A stretch of 64,000 bases of DNA from Acidobacteriota bacterium. GTDB lineage: Bacteria; Acidobacteriota; UBA6911; RPQK01; JAJDTT01. This document shows positions 19,701 through 29,338 of the stretch, piece by piece. The notes beneath the pieces were generated by a model. The model saw only the letters and a list, made by a program, of their open reading frames with translations, searched no databases and was not told where the DNA came from. The translations under genes and the position numbers were made by a program. The stretch spans positions 96,001-160,000 of the forward strand of contig CBDCJH010000002.1 in NCBI GenBank assembly GCA_965217775.1. Direction: 5' to 3'. How positions within the stretch are numbered: position 1 is the first letter of the stretch; every line of letters starts with the position of its first letter.

Positions 19701-20590
19701 AGGTTTTCGCCGACCTTCATATCCATTCCCATCATTCCAGTGACGGGGAGTGGACCGTCCCCCGCATTTTTGCCCAGGCTCGCCGAGTGGGCCTCGATGT
19801 TTTCTCCATCTCGGACCACGATACCGTGGCTGCTCTGGAAGAGGCGTTCACCCTGGCCGAGGACTTTCCGGGAGAGTATCTGGCCAACGTTGAGATCAGC
19901 GTCCGGCACCAGGGCGTGGGGCTCCACCTGCTTGCCCCTCTGGTGGACTGGCACGACCGCCCGCTTCTGGATCTGCTGGCCCGCATCAGGCTGAGTCGCG
20001 TTCGGCAAAACGAGATCCGGGTCGGCCGGCTCCACGCTCTCGGATTCGATATTCGATATGAGGATGTGCGGGAGGCTCTGGGATCGGTCCCGGTGACCGG
20101 TCCAGCCATCGCCTCGGTGGTCCTCTCCAAGGGTGCGAACCGCAACCACGCCCTGATGGATCGGATCCCGGCCGGTAGTGCTCTCAGTCCGGAGATCGAC
20201 TTCTACAAGTTCTTTTTCCTTCCCGGAGGTGCGGCTTACGCTGCCAAGGAGACTGTGTCCCTGTCCCGGGCGATCGCCACCGTCAGGGCTGCGGGAGGAG
20301 TCCCGGTTCTGGCCCATCCAGGCCTGAAGCGAGACGTGGTGGACGAAGAGTGGAGCCGCGGCGTGAGGGACTTGGGACTGGAGGGGATCGAGGCGTACAG
20401 CTCATATCATACCGAGGAGACTTGTCGATACTATGTGGAGGTCGGACGCCGGTTGGATCTGGTGGTCACTTCGGGGAGTGATTTCCACGGCCGCCTCAAG
20501 CCTCACGTAGCGTTCGGAGACGTTCCCGAGAGTCCCGCCGAAATGCTGGATCGACTGAAGGAACGCCGCCAGAGGGTGGCACATGGGTGA
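19697..20590 (+). CDS. PHP-domain phosphoesterase (TrpH/YciV-like)
   Basis: DLHIHS..SDG, SDHD, VEIS, LHLL, VLAHP and GSDFHG motifs. Confidence 0.9.
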   Translation: MKVFADLHIHSHHSSDGEWTVPRIFAQARRVGLDVFSISDHDTVAALEEAFTLAEDFPGEYLANVEISVRHQGVGLHLLAPLVDWHDRPLLDLLARIRLSRVRQNEIRVGRLHALGFDIRYEDVREALGSVPVTGPAIASVVLSKGANRNHALMDRIPAGSALSPEIDFYKFFFLPGGAAYAAKETVSLSRAIATVRAAGGVPVLAHPGLKRDVVDEEWSRGVRDLGLEGIEAYSSYHTEETCRYYVEVGRRLDLVVTSGSDFHGRLKPHVAFGDVPESPAEMLDRLKERRQRVAHG

Positions 20591-21134
20591 TCTCAAGATC
20601 CTGGATATCCTGGCCCTTGCCATCGTGGCCGTTTCGTTCGTCACCGCGTTGGTGAAGGGACTGATCCGTGAACTGATCGCCCTGGCGGCTGCCATATCGG
20701 GCCTCCTGCTCGCGGTCTACTACTTTGCCGAGGTGTCACCAGTGCTCGAACAGATCGGCATCGGGACACTCCTTTCCGAACTCCTGGCCTTCGTGGGCAT
20801 CTTTCTGGGCTGCATCATTGCCGGGTCTCTTCTGTCATCCTTCCTGAATCGCTTCATTTCCGCTCTGAACATGAAGTGGATCGATCGTCTCCTGGGAGGA
20901 CTTTTCGGTCTGCTCAGAGGATGGTTGATCGTGGCCGTGATCTTTCTGGCCTTGACCGTTTTTCCGATCAGTAATGACCTGGTGAGCGGCACGGTGACCG
21001 GCGAGTACTTTCTCGTGGTCACCCAAAAGCTCGTGGAGCTCTCGACTCCGGAGTCCTTCCAGGAGCGGTTTCAGAAGGAGTACGATCGAATCTACCAGTA
21101 CTGGCTGCAGCGGAGCGCCGACGAGAAATCGTGA
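20583..21134 (+). CDS. cvpA: CvpA (colicin V production) family membrane protein
   Basis: LD, KGLIRE and DRLLGGLFGLLRG motifs; purine-gene context. Confidence 0.88.
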   Translation: MGDLKILDILALAIVAVSFVTALVKGLIRELIALAAAISGLLLAVYYFAEVSPVLEQIGIGTLLSELLAFVGIFLGCIIAGSLLSSFLNRFISALNMKWIDRLLGGLFGLLRGWLIVAVIFLALTVFPISNDLVSGTVTGEYFLVVTQKLVELSTPESFQERFQKEYDRIYQYWLQRSADEKS

Positions 21135-21199
21135 AGAACTCTACTTTTCGGCGTTGCGTTCAGCACCGATGGCGGACTCGCCCGGTCCGGGCATGACCC

Positions 21200-21433
21200 A
21201 TGGCCAGCGACGATCAGCTTCCCATAAAGGACAGGCTGGAAGCGATCGCCGACGAACTGGTGGCCAAGGGGATCCTCTGGCGGGAGGCGGCGCAACAGTT
21301 CGAGAAACTCTTCATCCAGCGTTCCTTGGACCAGACCGGCGGCAAGATCGGATCTGCGGCCCGGCTGATGGGCATGCACCGGAACACGCTCGCGGCCAAG
21401 ATCCGGAAGCACCGCATCAATAAAAAGAGATGA
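21200..21433 (+). CDS. standalone Fis-type HTH protein
   Basis: FEKLFIQRSL..TGG....AARLMGMHRNTL..K. Confidence 0.85.
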   Translation: MASDDQLPIKDRLEAIADELVAKGILWREAAQQFEKLFIQRSLDQTGGKIGSAARLMGMHRNTLAAKIRKHRINKKR

Positions 21434-21463
21434 TGAGCGGTGAGGACCGCTTATTGAGAATTT

Positions 21464-21554
21464 GAGCGGCGGTTTCCAGCCGCCGAATTCCGGAGCGGCG
21501 GTTTCCAACCGCCGGACTCCCAAAGGGGAATGGGCGATTGGAAATCGCCCCTCC
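21464..21554. repeat. cluster of three REP-like palindromes between convergent genes
   Basis: GAGCGGCGGTTTCCAGCCGCC, GGAGCGGCGGTTTCCAACCGCC and inverted GGGCGATTGGAAATCGCCCCTCC. Confidence 0.7.
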
Positions 21555-24500
21555 TACCCTTCCGTGAGGCGCACCGCCAAGACCTGAGAGATCCCAGGTT
21601 CTTCCATCGTGACCCCGTAGAGTGAATCGGCCATTTCGATGGTCCGCTTGTTGTGGCTCACCAGGATGAACTGAGTCTCTTGGGACATGTCCCGGATCAG
21701 GCGGACGAATCGCTCCACGTTGGTATCGTCCAGAGCGGCATCGACTTCGTCCAGGACGCAGAAGCGGCTGGGGCGGTACCTGAACAGAGCCACCAGAAAA
21801 GCAACGGCGGTGAGCGTCTGTTCTCCACCCGAGAGTTGAGAGAGGTACTGCACCTTCTTGCCGGGCGGTTGGGCAAAGAGGTCGATGCCGCTCTCCAACA
21901 CGTCCTCTTCGTCGATCAGCTTCATGCCGCTGGTTCCGCCGTCGAACAGCTTGCGGAAGGTTTCGTGGAAGTGGGTGTTGACGGAGTCGAAGGCCTTTTT
22001 GAACTTCTCCCGGCTGTGACGGTTGATTTCCTGGATCGCCCTGGTCGTGTCGGCAATGGATCGTTCCAGGTCTTCCCGTTGCCCGCTGAGGTAGCTGTGC
22101 CGCTCCTCGTTGTCCTGGTACTGCTCCAGAGCCGTCATGTTGACCGGCCCGAATTTTTCCAGCTTGGATCTGAGTTCCAGGTACCGGTCGGAGACCCGGG
22201 CACCGTCCTCAACCGCAGTCACCCCTTCCATGATCGATTCGAGCGGTTCCTGGAGGTCTTCCTGGCATTGCCGGGACAGATTCTCCAACCGGGTTTCCAA
22301 TCGGGCCCTCCGGACCTCCTTGTCTGAACTCTCCTCCTGCAACTGCTGCTGTTCCTGTCGTAGCGCCTGAAGCCGGGTCTCGAGACCTCGCCGGTCGCTC
22401 CGGTACTCGTCGTATTCCCGGCGGTCGTTCGCCTCGGCAGTCGACAGCCGAACGGCCTCGGCTTGGCACGTCTCGAAGGTCTTCTCCAGGTTCTCCAGTT
22501 CCAGGGTCAGCGTCTTCAGCCGCTTCTCTCCGTCCGCCTTCTGTGCCTCCGTCTCGTGCAGCCGGAATGCCAGAGACTTCAGGCGGGCTTCCGATCTGGA
22601 GAGCGAGTCCTCGACGGATCTTGCCTTCTCCTCGATCACCCGTTCTTCGGCTGCGCTGCGGTGCAGCTGTTCCCGGGATTCGGAGAACTGGCTTCTTGCC
22701 TGGATCAACAACTCGGTCGCTTCACCCAGCTCGGCATCGACCTGCCGAGCCAGATCCTCCTTCCCGGTCAGGGTCTCGGAGGTAGCCTGCGCGCCATCGT
22801 CCTCGCTCGATTCCTCTTCTCGGAGTTGAGTTTCCTCAAACGCCAAGACCTTCAAGGCTCGACGGTGATGCTCCAGATCGCGCCGTGCCTGTTCCTCCTG
22901 CAACTCCAGCTGCAGGACGTCTTTCTCAGTCTGATGAAGCGTCTGTTGGAACTTGCGGGCCGCGCTCGAGGTCTCCCGGATACGTTCCCGCAGTTCCCCT
23001 TCGCGCCGGGCCAGACGGTTCACTCGAGCCTTCGCCCGGGCCAGCTTCTTCTCCAGATCGGCCTTCTCTCGACGAAAGGAGAGCAGGCCGCCTCCGGGTC
23101 GTCCGGCCCGGCTCACCGAGAGCAGCCCACCCGGCGCAAGGGCCTCGCCGTGGACGGTGAGAAACGTTCTCGACGGATAGCGGTGAGACAACGTAAAGGC
23201 ACGGTCCAGATCGGATACCACCACCGCATCCGCCCGCTCCGGGAGGACCCGGCGAAACGCCTTGCGGACCGGAGGTTCCAAGGTCAGGAGATCCCCAAGG
23301 GTTCCCACCACCCCCTTCTCGGCCGCCAGTTGCTTTCCGCCGTTCCGGGCGGGCTCCGAAAACCCGTTGGCCTTCAAGCTCAGGAAGGTGCATCTTCCAC
23401 CGTCCAACGCTCTGAGTTCGGAGACTCCGCCGACCGCCTGCTGGAAGGAATCCACCAGAACGAACTCCAATTCCTGTTGCAGGAACTGTTCCACCAGGCG
23501 TTCGAATTCGGGGCTGATTCGGGCAAAATCGGCAAGCGTTCCCGACACGGGCACCGAACTGCTGCGGAGATGGCGGAGGGCCTTGGCCACTCCCTCGCTG
23601 TAAAGGGAGTGGCTGACTTCCAATTCTTCCAGGGATTGAAGCCGCCCTCGCCCGCTGATCCATCCTTCCCGGGCCTCGGCCAATTCGCCCCGAACTTGCG
23701 CCAGTTCTCTCTCCAGCTTCCGGCGCTCCTCCTCGTTGGTCTCGAGCCGGCCCCGGACCGCGCCCGCCTCTTCGCGGCGGCGGGAACCGGTCAGTTGCCG
23801 CTTCTGAAGCCGTTCCCGAGCCTGCTCCATTCCCGATTCGTGACCCGCCCGCTCCCGTTCCAGGCGGGACCGCTGGATTTTGATCGATTCCACGTGCTGG
23901 AATGCCCGGTCTCTGGCATTCCGAAGCCGGGTCAGTTCGGCCGAAAGTTCCAGATGGCGGGCTCGGAGCTGCTCGACTCTCTTCTCCGCGGCTTCCAGCC
24001 GAGCCTTGCACTCGTCCGCGACCTGGGTGTGAAGGGTGAGGCGGCTGGCGACGAGCGGCCGCTCTGCTTTCAAGCTCGCGTCTTCCGCCCGGAGAATCCG
24101 GTGCTCCGACTCGATCGTTTCCAGCGACTTGAGCAACTCCTGGCGGTTCCGCCCGTGTGTGTCCAGGAGCCGTCGTGTCGATTCGATCTGCTGGCCGCAA
24201 AAGCGGATCGAATTCCGAGTCCGGTCCAGTTCCAATCGAGCGCCGGTGCTTTTTTCTCTCAGCTCCGACAGCCTGTTTTCCAGATCCTCCATTCGTTCCG
24301 AAATCTCTTGGAGAGTCCGTTCCCGATTCCGGATGTCAGAGGTCACTTCGGTCAGTGCCGGACCCAGGCGCGCCTGCGCCGCTTTCACTTCGGCCAGGCT
24401 GACGACGATTTCATATGCCTCCAAGCCGAAGCGCCGCTGTTGAACCTCCCGGAACTCCTTCTTCAACTCCTGGTGCCGCCGGGCCTTGGCCGCCTGCCGT

Positions 24501-25138
24501 TTGAGGGAACGGAGTTGGCGCTCCACCTCGCTCAGGATGTCGTCGATGCGGAGCAGGTTCCGGCGAGCCATTTCCAGCTTGAGTTCGGCGTTCCGGCGCC
24601 GGGCCTTGTAACCGCCGATTCCGGCGGCTTCCTCGATGATGGCGCGGCGATCCAGAGATCCGGAGTTGAGAAACCCCTCCACCCGGCCCTGGCGGATCAG
24701 GGCATAGGAGCCGAGCCCCAGGCCGATACGCTCCAGCAGAGCCTCGACGTCCTTCAATCGGCAGCGGTTTCCATTGATGAAATAGGCGCTGTCCCCGGAC
24801 CTGTAGAGTCTGCGCATGACGGACACGGAGGGTCCGTCCGCCTCGAGACCGTTGAACGCAATGCTCGTCTCGTCTTCCCGGGAGAGGGTGAGAGTGGCCT
24901 CCATCATTCCCGAGGGCCGCCGCTTGCTGGTCCCGTTGAAGATGAAATCGTCCATCCTCCGGCCCCGCAGGCGATGGGCGCCGACCATTCCCAGAACCCA
25001 GGAGAGGGCGTCTGTCAGATTGGACTTGCCGCAGCCGTTGGGTCCGACGACGATGGTGATCCCATCTTCGAACAGCACCCGGGTCCGGTTGGCGAATGAC
25101 TTGAATCCCAGTATTTCCAGCGAATCCAGACGCGGCAT
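21554..25138 (-). CDS. smc: chromosome segregation protein SMC
   Basis: GFKSF, GPNGCGKSN, coiled coils with hinge, GPVNM, LSGGE and LDEVDAALD motifs. Confidence 0.97.
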   Translation of the reverse strand: MPRLDSLEILGFKSFANRTRVLFEDGITIVVGPNGCGKSNLTDALSWVLGMVGAHRLRGRRMDDFIFNGTSKRRPSGMMEATLTLSREDETSIAFNGLEADGPSVSVMRRLYRSGDSAYFINGNRCRLKDVEALLERIGLGLGSYALIRQGRVEGFLNSGSLDRRAIIEEAAGIGGYKARRRNAELKLEMARRNLLRIDDILSEVERQLRSLKRQAAKARRHQELKKEFREVQQRRFGLEAYEIVVSLAEVKAAQARLGPALTEVTSDIRNRERTLQEISERMEDLENRLSELREKSTGARLELDRTRNSIRFCGQQIESTRRLLDTHGRNRQELLKSLETIESEHRILRAEDASLKAERPLVASRLTLHTQVADECKARLEAAEKRVEQLRARHLELSAELTRLRNARDRAFQHVESIKIQRSRLERERAGHESGMEQARERLQKRQLTGSRRREEAGAVRGRLETNEEERRKLERELAQVRGELAEAREGWISGRGRLQSLEELEVSHSLYSEGVAKALRHLRSSSVPVSGTLADFARISPEFERLVEQFLQQELEFVLVDSFQQAVGGVSELRALDGGRCTFLSLKANGFSEPARNGGKQLAAEKGVVGTLGDLLTLEPPVRKAFRRVLPERADAVVVSDLDRAFTLSHRYPSRTFLTVHGEALAPGGLLSVSRAGRPGGGLLSFRREKADLEKKLARAKARVNRLARREGELRERIRETSSAARKFQQTLHQTEKDVLQLELQEEQARRDLEHHRRALKVLAFEETQLREEESSEDDGAQATSETLTGKEDLARQVDAELGEATELLIQARSQFSESREQLHRSAAEERVIEEKARSVEDSLSRSEARLKSLAFRLHETEAQKADGEKRLKTLTLELENLEKTFETCQAEAVRLSTAEANDRREYDEYRSDRRGLETRLQALRQEQQQLQEESSDKEVRRARLETRLENLSRQCQEDLQEPLESIMEGVTAVEDGARVSDRYLELRSKLEKFGPVNMTALEQYQDNEERHSYLSGQREDLERSIADTTRAIQEINRHSREKFKKAFDSVNTHFHETFRKLFDGGTSGMKLIDEEDVLESGIDLFAQPPGKKVQYLSQLSGGEQTLTAVAFLVALFRYRPSRFCVLDEVDAALDDTNVERFVRLIRDMSQETQFILVSHNKRTIEMADSLYGVTMEEPGISQVLAVRLTEG

Positions 25139-25240
25139 GACCCCTCTCAACGTATGCTATGATGACCGCCGACCCTGACACGCGGATATTCTTTTTCGTA
25201 CGCCCGCGTGCGGGTTTGCTTCATCGGTTTCGGCGTGACC

Positions 25241-27088
25241 ATGGGGATAGAAGGATCATTCGGAGGAAGGGGCCGCGGGGCCATCCTGAAGAGCCTCCTG
25301 GCTGGAATTCTCCTGGCCGGTTCCGCCGTCGCCCAACCCATTGGACTCTATCCTCTCGAGCAGGTCAGACCGGGCCAGAAGGGATACGGAAAGACCGTTT
25401 TCCACGGTAACAAAGTCGAGAAATTCGACGTCGAGATTCTGGGAGTCCTGGAAAAGTTCGAGCCCCGAAGAAACCTGATTCTGGTGCGGGTCTCGGGAGG
25501 TCAGTTGGATCGGACCGGTGTGTTTGCCGGAATGAGCGGCAGCCCGGTCTACATCGAAGAGAAGCTGGTCGGCGCCATCGCCTACTCCTTTCCCTTCGCC
25601 AAGGAGCCGATCGCGGGAGTGACGCCGATTCAGGAAACCGTCGACGTCTTCAAGGAGATCCATCGACTTCAGGCGCCCCCCTCTCCCGAAGGACCCCGGA
25701 CCGACATTCTGCTGGAGTCCGCGCAACTCAAGCTTCCCGATTACCTGCCTCCGTTCGCGCCGCTCGAGTTCGAGGCCGAACTGCCGGGCTTGGCCAGCCT
25801 CTCCCCTTTTCGCCTGACCCGTATCGCCACCCCCGTCAATACATCCGGATTCCCGGGGCGGGCGGTGGATTACTTCCGGGAGACGTTTCGCCGCTTGGGC
25901 CTGGTGCCGGTGCAGGGCGCCGGCGGCGCCAAGACCAGCCACTTTTCCCAGGCTCCACTGGAACCGGGTTCCAGCATCAGCGTCGAGTTGGCTCGGGGCG
26001 ACGTCAGCCTCAGCGCCAGCGGCACCGTCACCCATATCAGCGGGAACAAGATCTACGCATTCGGCCATCCCTTCCTGAATCTGGGCTACACCGACATGCC
26101 CATGAGTCAGGCCGCCGTTCTGACCATCATTCCGCAACTGAATACCAGCCACAAGGTCGCGGCGGCCACCCGGATGGTGGGGGCCGTGAAGCAGGACAGA
26201 GCCACCGGCATCATGGGGGTGAGCGGTAGCGACGCTCGACTGATCCCGGTGCATCTCAAGGTCAGGACCAGCCGGAACCAGGATCGCGAATACGCCTACG
26301 AGACCATCCGGGACAGCTTTCTGACCCCCTTCATACTCACCTTTTCGGTCTACAGCAGCCTGATCTCTTCGGAGAAGGGGCTCGGTGACCAGACGCTGCG
26401 GATCAAGAGCACCGTCAGCATCGCCGAGCATCCCGAGGTGGTGTTCGAGAACAACATCGCGCGTCCTTCAAACAACCCTGTCGCCGCGGCGGTGGCGGCG
26501 GCGGCGCCCGCCCATTTGCTGCTCAACAGCGGTTTTGAGCAGTTGGAAGTGGAGCGGGTCCGTATCGAGATCGAGGCGGTGGAGCAGATCTGGGAGGCGA
26601 CTCTGGAGAAGGTCTGGCAGGATAAACTGGAGGCCCGGCCCGGCGAAGAAGTGAACCTGACGGTCTTTCTCAGAAAGTTCAACGGAGAGACCATTGTCGA
26701 GAAGTTTCCCGTCAAGATTCCCGACGACATTCTTCCCGGTCCTCTCAAGATCATGATCGGCGACGGCCTGTCTCTGGCCAAGTCGGACGCGGAGTCGAAC
26801 CAGGGCCGATTCATACCCGAGAACGTGCGCCAACTGGTGAGGGCCATCAACAACCTGAAGAAGAACGACCGGCTTTATGTCCGGCTGTTCCGAGACCGCC
26901 CCAGCACCGTCGTGGATGGGGAAAGACTCTCCGATCTGCCGCCCTCCTTCCTGGCTCTCTATACCTCTCGGAAGACATCGGGAGACGTGCGGGCCGTGGA
27001 TCGGGCCGTCTACGTGGAGCATGAGCTGCAAGCGACCGAATACGTCCTCCAAGGTCAGCGTGTCATCCAGGTGGAGGTCAAGAGCTAG
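25241..27088 (+). CDS. SpoIVB peptidase S55 domain protein (exported)
   Basis: GVFAGMSGSPVY...KLVGAIAY, GTVT...AFGHPF and QDRATGI motifs; signal-like N-terminus. Confidence 0.85.
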   Translation: MGIEGSFGGRGRGAILKSLLAGILLAGSAVAQPIGLYPLEQVRPGQKGYGKTVFHGNKVEKFDVEILGVLEKFEPRRNLILVRVSGGQLDRTGVFAGMSGSPVYIEEKLVGAIAYSFPFAKEPIAGVTPIQETVDVFKEIHRLQAPPSPEGPRTDILLESAQLKLPDYLPPFAPLEFEAELPGLASLSPFRLTRIATPVNTSGFPGRAVDYFRETFRRLGLVPVQGAGGAKTSHFSQAPLEPGSSISVELARGDVSLSASGTVTHISGNKIYAFGHPFLNLGYTDMPMSQAAVLTIIPQLNTSHKVAAATRMVGAVKQDRATGIMGVSGSDARLIPVHLKVRTSRNQDREYAYETIRDSFLTPFILTFSVYSSLISSEKGLGDQTLRIKSTVSIAEHPEVVFENNIARPSNNPVAAAVAAAAPAHLLLNSGFEQLEVERVRIEIEAVEQIWEATLEKVWQDKLEARPGEEVNLTVFLRKFNGETIVEKFPVKIPDDILPGPLKIMIGDGLSLAKSDAESNQGRFIPENVRQLVRAINNLKKNDRLYVRLFRDRPSTVVDGERLSDLPPSFLALYTSRKTSGDVRAVDRAVYVEHELQATEYVLQGQRVIQVEVKS

Positions 27089-27112
27089 GAGTCCTAGGAG
27101 TCTGCGTTTCTC

Positions 27113-29338
27113 GTGAGTCCCCGCATGTCTTTTCGTCCTCTCAAACGGCTTTTGCCGCTCCTGTGCCTGTTCTCATGGGGCGAGTCTCTATTGGCCACTC
27201 AGCCGCGCAAATGGGTGTCGGCAACTCGAGACGAATTCCTGAAGGGGAAGCTGCGGGGAGTCTCCGTCACCAGCGACGCCAGGCTCATCATCGCCCCCAC
27301 CCTGGAGCCTTTGCTGGACACCGAGGAGCCGTTCGTCTACTCCGCCGTCGTTGACGGTTTGGGCAACCTCTACCTCGGGAGCGGCAACGACGGCAAGATC
27401 TTTCGGATCGGCGCCAACGGGGGATCCAAGGAGTGGGCCAAGTTGGATGAGCCGGGGGTCTACGCCATGGCGGTCGATTCGTCGGGACGTGTCTACGCCG
27501 GCACCGCTCCCGACGGCCAGGTCTACCGGCTGGACTTGACGGGAAAGGTCGAGGTCTTCTTCGACCCCGACGAGAAGTACATCTGGTCGTTGGCCATCGA
27601 CCGGCGGGACAACGTCTTCGTGGGCACCGGTTCCAGAGGCGTCGTCTACAAGGTCGGCCCCGACGGCGAAGGGCGGAAATTCTACGACAGTCCGACCACC
27701 CACATCGTGAGCCTGGCCTGGGACCTGGACGGCAATATCCTGGCCGGGACGTCTGCCCGGGCCTTGATCCTCCGCCTTTCCTCGGAAGGCGGGGCCACCG
27801 TGGTCCACGACTCGCCGTTGGAGGAGGTCAGGTCGATCGCCGTCGATCGGTACGGAAACATATTCGCGGCAGCCTTGTCAGGGGGCGCGCGCGCTGCCTC
27901 CCGGAAGTCGGCGAGCACGGTCAAGACCAGCGCCAAGACCGGGACCACTCCGGCTCCCTCCACGAATTCGAGCCGCACCGTTCGGGTATCCGGGACCAGT
28001 TCGGGAAAGAGGTTGGAGATCTACCGGATCGGCCGTAGCGGCGGCGTAGAAATCCTTTACAGCTCCGACCGTGCCTTGGCCTTCGATCTTCTGATCCGCA
28101 ACGATGGCAACTTGCTGGTGGCCACTGGAGACAAAGGCCGGATTTTTTCCGTCAGCCCTCGAAGATTCGTGACCCTCCTGGTCGAGTCGGGGGAGGAACA
28201 GGTCACACGGCTGGTGGAACGCCGCGGGAGACTCTTCGCCGCCACCAGCAATCTGGGGAAGGGCTTCGAGCTGAAGACCAAGCCGTCCAAGCAGGGCGTC
28301 TATGAGTCCAGGGTCTTCGACGCCGGGATGGTCGCCTCCTGGGGAACCATCGAATGGGAGGTGATCGACCGTGTCGAACCGGTGGTGAAGGCGTCGGTCC
28401 GGACGGGAAACACCGACAGCCCGGACGACACCTGGGGCAAGTGGAGTCCGCCCTATTCCGACTCGAGCGGGACCCGCATCGAGAGTCCTCCCACTCGCTA
28501 TCTTCAATGGAAGCTGGAGTTTCCCGCCGAGGGCAGGTCCGAGGCCGTGGTTTCCCAGACCAACGCCGTGGATCTGGTGAGCGTCAGTTATCTCCAGCAC
28601 AACCTGGCGCCCCTGCTCTCATCGATTACGGTGCACCCCCCGGGCGCAGCCTTTGTCCGCTACGGTTCCACCGATCCCGCAGGTGGGGTCTCGCCGGGTG
28701 GACCCGGCGGCGCTCACCGGCGCTCCTTACCCTCGGAGATTCGGCGTCTGGGTTCACCGACGGTCAAGACTCCGCCGCGGAGGGTGTACCTTCCTGGCGC
28801 CCAGAGTCTCTCCTGGAGTGCTCAGGATCCCAACGGCGACGATCTGGTCTACGGTCTCCACTACCGGGCCGCCGGTGACCGGAAATGGACGCTACTGAAA
28901 AAGGATCTCATCGAAACCTACCAGACCCTGGACGGCAAAAGCTTGCCGGACGGCACCTATGTGGTTCGGGTCACCGTCTCCGATTCCCCTTCCAATCCGG
29001 CGGACCAGGCCCTGGAGAGCGAGTTGATGAGCAAGCCCTTCGTCGTGGCCAACTCCGCTCCCGCCATAGCATGGGGCACGCCCCGGATCGAGGGGGCCGA
29101 GGCCCGGCTCCAGGTTGAGGTCCGGACCGTGGTCAGCGCCATCCACCAGTTGGAATACGCCGTGGACGGAGGCCGGTGGAGTCTCCTGTTTCCGGAGGAC
29201 GGCATCGCCGACGGGACCCTGGAACGCTACCGGCTGGTATTCAAGGGCCTGGACCGGGGTGAGCACTTGGTCACGGTTCGTGTCGTGGACTCCGTCGGGA
29301 ACCTGGGGAGCGGCCGGCTGAAACTGTCGGTTCCGTGA
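27113..29338 (+). CDS. exported beta-propeller + FN3/Ig-like protein, partner of the S55 peptidase
   Basis: Signal peptide; repeated (V/I)xSxAxDxxGN(L/V)(Y/F)xGT..G.(V/I)(Y/F)R blades; C-terminal Ig-like segments. Confidence 0.7.
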   Translation: MSPRMSFRPLKRLLPLLCLFSWGESLLATQPRKWVSATRDEFLKGKLRGVSVTSDARLIIAPTLEPLLDTEEPFVYSAVVDGLGNLYLGSGNDGKIFRIGANGGSKEWAKLDEPGVYAMAVDSSGRVYAGTAPDGQVYRLDLTGKVEVFFDPDEKYIWSLAIDRRDNVFVGTGSRGVVYKVGPDGEGRKFYDSPTTHIVSLAWDLDGNILAGTSARALILRLSSEGGATVVHDSPLEEVRSIAVDRYGNIFAAALSGGARAASRKSASTVKTSAKTGTTPAPSTNSSRTVRVSGTSSGKRLEIYRIGRSGGVEILYSSDRALAFDLLIRNDGNLLVATGDKGRIFSVSPRRFVTLLVESGEEQVTRLVERRGRLFAATSNLGKGFELKTKPSKQGVYESRVFDAGMVASWGTIEWEVIDRVEPVVKASVRTGNTDSPDDTWGKWSPPYSDSSGTRIESPPTRYLQWKLEFPAEGRSEAVVSQTNAVDLVSVSYLQHNLAPLLSSITVHPPGAAFVRYGSTDPAGGVSPGGPGGAHRRSLPSEIRRLGSPTVKTPPRRVYLPGAQSLSWSAQDPNGDDLVYGLHYRAAGDRKWTLLKKDLIETYQTLDGKSLPDGTYVVRVTVSDSPSNPADQALESELMSKPFVVANSAPAIAWGTPRIEGAEARLQVEVRTVVSAIHQLEYAVDGGRWSLLFPEDGIADGTLERYRLVFKGLDRGEHLVTVRVVDSVGNLGSGRLKLSVP

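Noticed and set aside
22463-25099. Long antisense ORFs (878 aa opposite smc; also 34301-36514, 16024-17979 and 57946-59406)
   Set aside because: These are shadow frames of high-GC genes with no motifs.
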